Assembly: GCA_964587075.1 (NCBI GenBank) | Contig: CAZPKJ010000004.1 | Coordinates: forward strand, 1-40,009 | Length of the DNA stretch: 40,009 nucleotides | Source: an uncultured Flavobacteriaceae bacterium | GTDB lineage: Bacteria > Bacteroidota > Bacteroidia > AKYH767-A > OLB10 | Reading direction: 5' to 3' | In this document: piece by piece, positions 9,536 to 17,406 of the stretch | How the letters are laid out: each line of letters begins with the position of its first letter | Position numbering within the stretch: position 1 is the first letter of the stretch | Position numbers and translations under genes: made by a program | The notes under the pieces: model-generated | Told to the model about the DNA's origin: nothing | Seen by the model: the letters and a program-made list of their open reading frames with translations, nothing else | The model's database searches: none

Positions 9536-10570
9536 ATGAACACCCTGATGATAATAGCCATGCTGCTGGGGTTACTGGTAGTAATCAGGCTCATGAATGT
9601 AGCACAACTGGCTTCTGTTTTGGCAGGAGAAGATGAAGAAGAAGAGCAAAAACGTCACAATACCATGAACGGTATTGGAATGATGTTGTTTATGGCACTG
9701 GGTCTTGGTCTTATGGTATACATGACATTCAAGTACCAGCCTTTCATGCTTCCCGAATCAGCATCGGCACATGGAGTGAAAACCGACTTTCTGCTAAACA
9801 TCAACTTTGCTGTTATTGGTATTGTGTTTTTTTTAACCCAAATCGCTTTGTTTTGGTTTGTTTATAAATATCAGCACGATAAAAATAAACGTGCATTATT
9901 TTATCCCGATAACCATAAACTCGAAATTATCTGGACCGTTGTACCCACCATTGTTTTGTCGGTGTTAATTGTTACCGGGCTCAATGAGTGGAACAAGATG
10001 ACCCAAAGTCATCCCGAAGATGGTATGAAAGTTCAGGTTTACGGTTACCAGTTTAACTGGATTGCACGGTATTCGGGCCCTGATAATACTCTGGGACGTT
10101 CGTTTTATAAACTCATATCCGACGACAATCCTCTGGGCATCGATTACAGTGATCCCGCTGCAGCGGACGACATTATTACCAAAGGTGCCGAAATGCGTTT
10201 GCCTAAAGGGGTTCCCGTTTTATTCCAGTTCAATTCACGGGATGTAATCCATTCGGCATACTTCCCCCACTTCCGTACACAAATGAACTGTGTACCGGGA
10301 ATGAACACATCGTTTTATATGGAACCAACCATTTCAACTGCCGAGATGCGTAAAATAACCAAAAACGATAAGTTTGATTATGTGTTGCTGTGTAACAAGA
10401 TTTGTGGCGTTGCACATTATAATATGAAGATGAAAGTAGTGGTTGATGATCCTGCAGATTTCAAGAACTGGCTTAAAGGTGAAAAGCCGGCTGTACCGGT
10501 TCCTGCGGGCGAAACAAAAGTTGCCGGCACCACTGAACCTGCATCAGCGGAAGTTACCGCTACACTATAG
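9536..10570 (+). CDS. ctaC: Cytochrome c oxidase subunit II (CuA cupredoxin subunit) without a fused cytochrome c domain
   Basis: CuA ligand motifs are present: DVIHSAYFP and CNKICGVAHYNM (C-x3-C-x3-H-x2-M). Transmembrane helices lie at the N-terminus. There is no CxxCH anywhere in the protein. Confidence 0.85.
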   Translation: MNTLMIIAMLLGLLVVIRLMNVAQLASVLAGEDEEEEQKRHNTMNGIGMMLFMALGLGLMVYMTFKYQPFMLPESASAHGVKTDFLLNINFAVIGIVFFLTQIALFWFVYKYQHDKNKRALFYPDNHKLEIIWTVVPTIVLSVLIVTGLNEWNKMTQSHPEDGMKVQVYGYQFNWIARYSGPDNTLGRSFYKLISDDNPLGIDYSDPAAADDIITKGAEMRLPKGVPVLFQFNSRDVIHSAYFPHFRTQMNCVPGMNTSFYMEPTISTAEMRKITKNDKFDYVLLCNKICGVAHYNMKMKVVVDDPADFKNWLKGEKPAVPVPAGETKVAGTTEPASAEVTATL

Positions 10571-10616
10571 CATCATTAAAATTTAATATTCGTAAAGAAC
10601 ATCAATATACAGTAAG

Positions 10617-12440
10617 ATGGAAGTTAAAGAAAGCAGTCATGCCGGCCACGATGTAAGTCATGCACATGATCACGGCCACGATCATGACCACCACCAAACG
10701 TTCTGGACAAAGTATGTGTTCAGTACCGACCATAAAATGATCTCCAAGCAGTTTTTGATTACTGCAATATTCATGGCGTTTTTAGCAATGGCCATGTCTA
10801 TGATATTCCGTTTACAACTGGCCTGGCCCGACGAAACTTTCCCGTTTCTCGAAAGCCTGATCGGTAAATGGGGACAGGATGGAAGACTGGATCCCGGTTT
10901 TTACCTGGCACTGGTAACCATTCATGGAACCATTATGGTATTTATGGTATTAACCGGTGGGTTGAGCGGTACGTTCAGTAACCTGCTAATCCCGCTTCAG
11001 GTTGGTGCCCGTGATATGGCCAGCGGATTCCTGAATATGTTATCGTTCTGGTTCTTTGCCGCCTCGTCAACCGTTATGTTTGGTTCGCTGTTTGTTGAAG
11101 CCGGCCCCGCTTCGGGCGGATGGACCGTTTACCCGCCCTTATCGGCATTGCCACAGGCTATTCCCGGCTCAGGACTTGGAATGACCCTTTGGCTGGTTTC
11201 AATGGTATTATTTATTGTATCGGCCCTTCTGGGAGGTATTAACTACGTGGCCACGGTCATTAACCTTCGTACAAAAGGGATGTCAATGACAAGGCTGCCG
11301 CTTACTGTATGGGCATTCCTGATCACAGCCATTCTGGGTATACTTTCGTTCCCCGTACTGGTAGCTGCGGCGCTGTTGCTGGTATTCGACCGTAGTATGG
11401 GTACCAGTTTTTATCTGAGTGATATTTTCATAGGTGGTGTGCCGTTAGAGCACAGCGGAGGAAGTCCGATCCTCTATCAGCACTTGTTCTGGTTCCTTGG
11501 GCACCCTGAAGTTTATATCGTATTGTTACCAGCTCTAGGACTTGCGTCCGAAGTAATTGCAACCATGTCGCGCAAACCAATTTTCGGTTACAAGGCCATG
11601 ATTGGTTCCATGTTGATAATCGCATTCCTTTCATTTATTGTTTGGGGCCATCATATGTTCGTTACCGGTATGAATCCGTTCCTGGGTTCGGTATTCGTAT
11701 TTACCACGCTGCTGGTTGCTATACCTTCAGCCGTTAAGGTGTTCAACTACATTGCTACCGTTTGGAGAGCCAACATTGTTTTGTCGCCGGCCATGTTATT
11801 TGCCATTGGACTTGTCTCCTTTTTTATTACCGGAGGGTTAACCGGAATAATATTAGGTGACTCTGCGCTTGATATCAATTTGCACGACACTTATTTTGTT
11901 GTCGCCCACTTCCATATTGTAATGGGAAGTTCTGCCATATTCGGGATGTTTGCCGGCGTTTACCACTGGTTCCCCAGGATGTTTGGCCGTATGATGAATA
12001 AATCACTAGGATACATTCACTTTTGGCTAACAATTATATGTGTTTACGCGGTGTTCTTCCCAATGCACTTTATTGGACTTGCCGGTGTACCCAGAAGATA
12101 TTATGCCAACACTGCCTATGAAGGTTTCGATCAGCTCATTAACATTAATGAATTGATTTCGGTGTTTGCAATGATTGCCGGGGTGGCACAGGTAATATTT
12201 GCGATAAATTTCTTCTATAGTATGTTTAAAGGGAAGCCGGCGCCTCAAAATCCCTGGAAATCGACAACACTGGAGTGGACGGCACCAGTTGAGCACCTGC
12301 ATGGTAACTGGCCCGGAGAAATCCCAACCGTTCACCGCTGGCCCTACGATTACAGTAAACCCGGCGCCAAGGAGGACTTTATTCCGCAAACGGTGCCACA
12401 TTCCGAAACCCCCGAATCGAACCGTCCCGAAGATCATTAA
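10617..12440 (+). CDS. ctaD: Cytochrome c oxidase subunit I (A-type haem-copper oxidase)
   Basis: Diagnostic motifs are WFLGHPEVYIVLLP (His-Tyr site and channel Glu), WGHHMFVTG (CuB His pair) and VVAHFHIVM (haem a3 / haem a His). The protein has the expected 12+ transmembrane helices. Confidence 0.95.
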   Translation: MEVKESSHAGHDVSHAHDHGHDHDHHQTFWTKYVFSTDHKMISKQFLITAIFMAFLAMAMSMIFRLQLAWPDETFPFLESLIGKWGQDGRLDPGFYLALVTIHGTIMVFMVLTGGLSGTFSNLLIPLQVGARDMASGFLNMLSFWFFAASSTVMFGSLFVEAGPASGGWTVYPPLSALPQAIPGSGLGMTLWLVSMVLFIVSALLGGINYVATVINLRTKGMSMTRLPLTVWAFLITAILGILSFPVLVAAALLLVFDRSMGTSFYLSDIFIGGVPLEHSGGSPILYQHLFWFLGHPEVYIVLLPALGLASEVIATMSRKPIFGYKAMIGSMLIIAFLSFIVWGHHMFVTGMNPFLGSVFVFTTLLVAIPSAVKVFNYIATVWRANIVLSPAMLFAIGLVSFFITGGLTGIILGDSALDINLHDTYFVVAHFHIVMGSSAIFGMFAGVYHWFPRMFGRMMNKSLGYIHFWLTIICVYAVFFPMHFIGLAGVPRRYYANTAYEGFDQLININELISVFAMIAGVAQVIFAINFFYSMFKGKPAPQNPWKSTTLEWTAPVEHLHGNWPGEIPTVHRWPYDYSKPGAKEDFIPQTVPHSETPESNRPEDH

Positions 12441-12467
12441 CGCATGTATCATGCTATATTTATCAAG

Positions 12468-12500
12468 AGCCCTGTTTTATGACAGGGCTTTTTCTTTTTT
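12468..12500 (+). terminator. Intrinsic terminator closing the act-cox operon
   Basis: AGCCCTGT (12468-12475) pairs with ACAGGGCT (12482-12489) across a 6-nt loop. The T-tract TTTTTCTTTTTT follows directly. The element starts 28 nt after the ctaD stop. Confidence 0.8.
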
Positions 12501-12540
12501 ACGAACTTTGGAATAATTTTCAACCCTGATACGTTTCTAC

Positions 12541-13242
12541 ATGATGAGGTTTCTGTTTGGTATCCTTATGTGTTTATTTTTTATACCGTCGGTTATATAT
12601 GCCCGGTACAGCAACATATTCGAGTTCCCCGCCGATACACCACTGATTGGCTTAAAAGGAAAACCCAAGGTTTTTCTTACACTCGACAAAACCAGTTCGT
12701 TTGTTGGAGGAAAATCCGCATCAACCAATGAAATCAGGATTGGCCTGGAGTTTAAACGCAAGCTTCGAATTGGAGTTGGAGTAGGGTCTTTAACTTCAGA
12801 TATTGTTGAAAAGCGAGTTTTACACCCCCCTAAAGTATTAAATGATTCTGTAGTTGATGTGCTACTATATCTCACATTTTTTTCAATAAATGGTGAGTAT
12901 ATATTTTATGATAGTAAAAGGTGGCAAATAACTATGCCGATTGGTGTAAATTTCGGCTCTTCTTATTTTGATCATTTCGGAGAACGGTTTGATGAGGGTG
13001 GCGTATTGCTTTTAACAGGGCAGGGTGTTGCCACTTATCGCATATTACGATGGGTTGGTTTAAGCGGCGGGGTTGGCTTTCGCCAGATGTTAATCAGTAA
13101 TTCAAAGGTGGAAGAGTCGTTCAACTCACCCGTGTATGTTTTTAAGATTCGGATTTTTCTTGGAGAAGTTTATAAATCGGTGTTTCCCCGGGGTATATCA
13201 GGCAAAAGGAATCCCCCTTATTCGAATCAGTACTGGGATTAA
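12541..13242 (+). CDS. Hypothetical secreted beta-strand-rich protein (possible small outer-membrane barrel)
   Basis: A 233-aa ORF with an N-terminal hydrophobic signal (MMRFLFGILMCLFFIPSVIYA). Much of the rest shows alternating hydrophobic/polar residues. I recognise no family. Confidence 0.45.
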   Translation: MMRFLFGILMCLFFIPSVIYARYSNIFEFPADTPLIGLKGKPKVFLTLDKTSSFVGGKSASTNEIRIGLEFKRKLRIGVGVGSLTSDIVEKRVLHPPKVLNDSVVDVLLYLTFFSINGEYIFYDSKRWQITMPIGVNFGSSYFDHFGERFDEGGVLLLTGQGVATYRILRWVGLSGGVGFRQMLISNSKVEESFNSPVYVFKIRIFLGEVYKSVFPRGISGKRNPPYSNQYWD

Positions 13243-13354
13243 GTCCGCACGGGTTTAATTTCCCGGCTTGGTATGATATTTTAATGTATCTTTAATTCAG
13301 CGGAGCAAATTGCTGAAGGAAGGCCCAATATTTAACTTTATAAATTAGTGCGTT

Positions 13355-13780
13355 ATGAAAATCTGGTTCAGCGATTACCGGTTAAACGACATTTTATTTC
13401 TCAGTAAAAACAATATGCTCGAGCACCTGGCTATTGAGATAACCGAGATAGGAGATGATTACATCAAGGGAAAAATGCCTGTTGATCAACGCACCGTTCA
13501 GCCTATGAATATTTTACATGGCGGAGCTTCGGTGGCTTTAGCCGAATCACTGGGAAGTATCGGTTCATATCTTACAGTTGACCCGCAAAAGTATCATTGC
13601 GTGGGAATGGAGATTAATGCAAATCATTTACGACCGGTATCATCGGGGTTCGTTTATGCCATAGCCAAACCCATTCATCTCGGAAACAAAACACAAGTTT
13701 GGGCCATTGAAATAACCGGTGAGTCGGGCAAATTAATTTGCGTGAGCCGTATTACTATGGCAGTAGTTGAGAAAAGATAA
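13355..13780 (+). CDS. PaaI/YbdB-type hotdog-fold acyl-CoA thioesterase
   Basis: The 141-aa protein carries the characteristic NILHGGASVALAESLGS segment and a C-terminal ...VWAIEI...GKLICVSRITMAV pattern, as in PaaI/MenI-like thioesterases. Confidence 0.8.
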   Translation: MKIWFSDYRLNDILFLSKNNMLEHLAIEITEIGDDYIKGKMPVDQRTVQPMNILHGGASVALAESLGSIGSYLTVDPQKYHCVGMEINANHLRPVSSGFVYAIAKPIHLGNKTQVWAIEITGESGKLICVSRITMAVVEKR

Positions 13781-13788
13781 TGTTCCCG

Positions 13789-15939
13789 TTAACGAACTAT
13801 TTTCATCTCATCAATCAGGCGTCTGCAACCCGCAAATTTGTCGATTATAAATAGGGTATACCGGACATCGATCGAAATGTTCCTGCATTGTTCAGGGTCA
13901 AAATCGATATCGCTCATGGTCCCTTCCCATACCCGGTCGAAGTTAGTTCCGATTAGTTCTCCGTTAGCGTTAATAACAGGACTACCTGAGTTGCCACCTG
14001 TAGTATGATTCGAGGCAACAAAGGCAACAGGCAGGGTTCCGTTATAGGCGTATTCACCAAAATCTTTGGTTTCGTAAAGTACTTTTAACTTTTCCGGAAC
14101 CTCGAACTCCTCAACCGAAGGATCTTCTTTTTCCAATATCCCTGAAAGGGTAGTATAATAATGATAGGTAACCGCGTCTCGTGGCGTATACCCGTTCACT
14201 TGCCCGAACGCCACTCGCAAGGTAGAATTTGCATCAGGATAAAATTTGCGGTCGGGGAACATTTCCATTTGTGCTGCCATGTATAAACGGTTCAACACCG
14301 AAAACCGGTTGTTTAGTTTCGTAATATCCGATTCCAGCATGCTGGTATAAATACTCCGGAATGCCAGCGCAAGCTGAAAAGCAGGATCATTTAACAGTTT
14401 TTTCGACGATTTTGAACTGAATCCCGATAGCAGTGATTGAACACGAATCGAGTCGGCGAAGGCCGATCGTGTAAAGAGGATATTGGCATACGCATGAAAA
14501 TCTTTCTTATGCTTGGTTGCAATTTCAGTGAGCAATTTTGGATGATAAGCCGGATCGACGTCATTGATATATAACGACATCATGGAAGCAAAGAGTTTTT
14601 TATCGGTTTCCAGGTCGAAGTCCCGGTAAAAACCGCCGGCACCTTTCAGCAGGCGTTCCGCTTCTTCGGCAATTGCTTTTTCATCGGCAGGCTTCGCGGT
14701 AACCAGATTAGCCAGTTTGTTAAATGCAAGGGCGTATTTTAAAATCTCGGTTCCGAATGCGGCTTCATTAATATAATCAAGGGTTTTCGATAAAGGGGCA
14801 TGCTGCTTATAGGATTGTTCAAAGTCATTCATGAGCGTACTATATTCCGTTTTATTTTCTTTTTGTACCCATGCCTTGAAGTCGGTTTCCGCTTTTTGTT
14901 TTTCTTCGAGTGTGTTCAGTCGTTTTAGTCCTTTTAGTTCGCCCTGCCACTTTTTCCAGGCATTGGCAATGGATGCCTGCTTGGCGGCATACTGTATCCG
15001 CAACTTTTCCGATGAACGCATGGCAGCGTCAATAATTTCGAGTCTTTCGGTACGTATTTTAATACGTGCCGGATTGTTCACTTCAATAATATTTTTTATC
15101 GCGAAGGATGGAATGTATTGCGTGGTTCTCCCCGGGAAACCAAATACCATGGTGAAGTCGCCCGGTTGTACCCCCTTAATTGACACCGGAAACGAATAAC
15201 GGGGTATAAAAGGTTTGTTATCGGCCGAGTAGGGTGCGGGTTTATTGTCTGTTCCGGCATACACTCTGAATAACGCGAAGTCACCCGTATGCCTGGGCCA
15301 CATCCAGTTGTCGGTATCGCCACCAAATTTCCCGATAGAGGATGGGGGCGCGCCAACCATTCTTACGTCGTTAAAGGTTTCGGAAACCATTAAAAAAAAC
15401 TGGTTGCCATTAAAGAAAGGTTTTATGCTCGCGCTGTAATGGGTTCCTTCAGTTGCCGATTTTTCGATGCGCGACGAAAGTTCCTTAATTTTTGCTTCGC
15501 GTTCAGCTTCCTGCATGCTGGGGGTAAGATGTGGTACGATTTTATCAGTTACATCTTCTATGCGAATGATAAAAGTTACCGACAGGCCCGGACAAGCCAG
15601 TTCCTCCTGTTGAGTATGGGCCCAAAAGCCGTTTTTAAGATAATTTTTTTCAACCGAACTGTGCGATTGGATTTGTGAAAATCCGCAGTGATGATTGGTC
15701 AGCAGCAATCCCTGGTTCGAAATAATTTCACCGGTGCACCCACCGCCAAAAAGCACTACGGCATCTTTCAGGCTTGAACTATTTACACTGTAAATATATT
15801 CTGCATTAATTTTCATGACACGTGCTTTCATTTCGCTTTCATTGAGATGTTTTAAAAAAATAGTCAGACACATGCCCTCGTCGGCTACGGCGGAGAGGCG
15901 TGCAATCAGAAGCAACATCACTACAAAATATCTTTTCAT
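13789..15939 (-). CDS. S46 family dipeptidyl-peptidase, DPP11-like
   Basis: The catalytic triad contexts are LLLTNHHCG (His), TGDFALFRV (Asp) and GGNSGSPV (Ser). Arg lies 18 residues after the catalytic Ser (NFDR). The start is trimmed to the ATG giving MKRYFVVMLLLIARLSAVA (signal peptide). The longer track ORF would run into the upstream terminator hairpin. Confidence 0.85.
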   Translation of the reverse strand: MKRYFVVMLLLIARLSAVADEGMCLTIFLKHLNESEMKARVMKINAEYIYSVNSSSLKDAVVLFGGGCTGEIISNQGLLLTNHHCGFSQIQSHSSVEKNYLKNGFWAHTQQEELACPGLSVTFIIRIEDVTDKIVPHLTPSMQEAEREAKIKELSSRIEKSATEGTHYSASIKPFFNGNQFFLMVSETFNDVRMVGAPPSSIGKFGGDTDNWMWPRHTGDFALFRVYAGTDNKPAPYSADNKPFIPRYSFPVSIKGVQPGDFTMVFGFPGRTTQYIPSFAIKNIIEVNNPARIKIRTERLEIIDAAMRSSEKLRIQYAAKQASIANAWKKWQGELKGLKRLNTLEEKQKAETDFKAWVQKENKTEYSTLMNDFEQSYKQHAPLSKTLDYINEAAFGTEILKYALAFNKLANLVTAKPADEKAIAEEAERLLKGAGGFYRDFDLETDKKLFASMMSLYINDVDPAYHPKLLTEIATKHKKDFHAYANILFTRSAFADSIRVQSLLSGFSSKSSKKLLNDPAFQLALAFRSIYTSMLESDITKLNNRFSVLNRLYMAAQMEMFPDRKFYPDANSTLRVAFGQVNGYTPRDAVTYHYYTTLSGILEKEDPSVEEFEVPEKLKVLYETKDFGEYAYNGTLPVAFVASNHTTGGNSGSPVINANGELIGTNFDRVWEGTMSDIDFDPEQCRNISIDVRYTLFIIDKFAGCRRLIDEMKIVR

Positions 15940-15982
15940 ACGTGTTCGGATTAAACTGGTAATTAAACAAGGTAAATAAATC

Positions 15983-16008
15983 AAAAGGGACAACCCTTAA
16001 GTTGTCCC
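15983..16008 (-). terminator. Intrinsic terminator downstream of the DUF3127 gene
   Basis: GGGACAAC (15987-15994) pairs with GTTGTCCC (16001-16008) across a 6-nt loop. Read on the minus strand, TTTT (15983-15986) and further T-rich sequence follow the hairpin. The element lies about 130 nt past the stop at 16139. Confidence 0.55.
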
Positions 16009-16138
16009 CTTCAAAAATACAATATTCTAAATCAATTTAGCTGGTTGTCCGCTATCCGCATGATGATGTTGACAGGCACTTAAAAGAGGGGTTGCCTTAT
16101 CAATCGTTTGCAATATTGTGGCCCGCGGCAGGTAATAC

Positions 16139-16522
16139 TCAGAATGGCAGGTCGTTATCCGGACCTCCGGAAGAGGAATTGCTGTTGTCGAAATTAGGTT
16201 CGGCAAAGGCGGGGATATTACTGTCGGCAGCTGGCTGGCCCGAATTGTTCATGGCTTCAATGCGCCAGGCTTTTACATCGGTATACCACCGTCCGTTATA
16301 TTCTCTTGATTCAACATTAAATGCCACTTTTACCTGGGCACCGGGCGCTATATTGCGCAAAATATCGGTCTTGTCGCCCCAGGCCATTACACTGAGTTTT
16401 TTCGGGTAATTTCCATCCATATATTCAAGGATGAATGATTGCTTTTTCCAGGGGCCATTTTTGCCTTCTCCGGTTTCGGGTTGTAAAATTTCGGAAACTT
16501 TACCGGTAATTTCTAATGCCAT
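16139..16522 (-). CDS. DUF3127 domain protein (OB-fold-like) with a disordered tail ending DNDLPF
   Basis: The N-terminal ~95 aa (MALEITGKVSEILQPETGEGKNGPWKKQSFILEY...YPKKLSVMAWGDK...VAFNVESREYNGRWYTDVKAWRIE) match my recollection of the Bacteroidota DUF3127 family. The tail is rich in Asn, Ser, Gly and Pro. Confidence 0.75.
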   Translation of the reverse strand: MALEITGKVSEILQPETGEGKNGPWKKQSFILEYMDGNYPKKLSVMAWGDKTDILRNIAPGAQVKVAFNVESREYNGRWYTDVKAWRIEAMNNSGQPAADSNIPAFAEPNFDNSNSSSGGPDNDLPF

Positions 16523-16725
16523 GATAGTCTTTTCGGTTAATAAATGAATATTTTTTAGATGAATGCAAGATACAACAATTTAAAAAAACAGGTGAGGCTG
16601 TTGACAATTTAAGCAATTATAAACGTTTGTTATCAGTTGCCTCATTTCCAGTAATTTTAACAGGACGCATGAGTGCCGGGCACCAAAGCAGCCATTCGGG
16701 CGTTTGAATTGATACATTTGTTCTC

Positions 16726-17355
16726 ATGAAATTTAAAGTAATTTGTTTGCTGATTTTAGTTGTGGTTCAACATACTGCATTATCGCAGCCTGTCCGCAAA
16801 GGTTCTATGCGAAAGCCGTTTGAGTTTTCACAGCAGTTTAAACATGCCGCCGGTGCCGGAGTTTCATTTTATTCCGTTCTCAAAGTGGATGAGCCTGTAT
16901 TTCATGTTGCGTATAATCCCAGCCTTAGCCTAACCAGGGCGTGGTCCGATTTTTCGGTAGCACTGGCTTCGCAGCTTACAGGCGGCTATCATTTTAATTC
17001 AACCTTTGATGATACCTCGTTTGTTCATGCATCGTTTCCATTATTTTTGGAACTGAACTTTGGTCACAATGCCTCAAAAGATTTTTACAGCGACCTGGGA
17101 TGGTTTGCCGGAGCCGGCTATTCATACAATCTGTTTAAGGAAAAGTGGAACCATGGTCCGGTGGCAACCATTGGTGCCCGGGGATTTGTTTTTGGCCCAT
17201 CGTTTACGTTACGCTACAGCCGGTATTTTGCAATACAGGACGAAGATGTTTCGTTGCACAACCTGACACTACTGCTGAATATCGGAAAATATTTTGAGCA
17301 GGTAAAGATGAATAATAAAATAAGCAGGTTTTCAAACGGGTTCAGGAAAAGATAA
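16726..17355 (+). CDS. Hypothetical secreted beta-strand-rich protein
   Basis: A 209-aa ORF with the signal peptide MKFKVICLLILVVVQHTALSQ and alternating-pattern beta segments. A TACATTTG -7-like box lies at 16713-16720, just upstream. I recognise no family. Confidence 0.45.
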   Translation: MKFKVICLLILVVVQHTALSQPVRKGSMRKPFEFSQQFKHAAGAGVSFYSVLKVDEPVFHVAYNPSLSLTRAWSDFSVALASQLTGGYHFNSTFDDTSFVHASFPLFLELNFGHNASKDFYSDLGWFAGAGYSYNLFKEKWNHGPVATIGARGFVFGPSFTLRYSRYFAIQDEDVSLHNLTLLLNIGKYFEQVKMNNKISRFSNGFRKR

Positions 17356-17406
17356 CCAGGCAACCCAGGGAGGTATTTATTCAGCGTTGTTCAACAACGT
17401 GATTCG

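Noticed and set aside
15940-15993. Longer N-terminal extensions offered by the ORF track. Examples are the S46 peptidase to 15993, htpG to 19287, SPOR to 1065, TfoX to 31020, SGNH-T9SS from 33751, actD from 7038, and the TTG starts at 23385 and 23499.
   Set aside because: In each case an internal ATG gives a canonical N-terminus (a signal peptide or a conserved family start). The extensions also overlap a terminator hairpin, a -7 promoter box or the upstream gene.
17356-17406. A short palindrome, CGTTGTTCAACAACG, between the convergent genes at 17355 and 17407, considered as a bidirectional terminator.
   Set aside because: After allowing a minimal loop, the effective stem is only ~5-6 bp, and there are no flanking T or A tracts.
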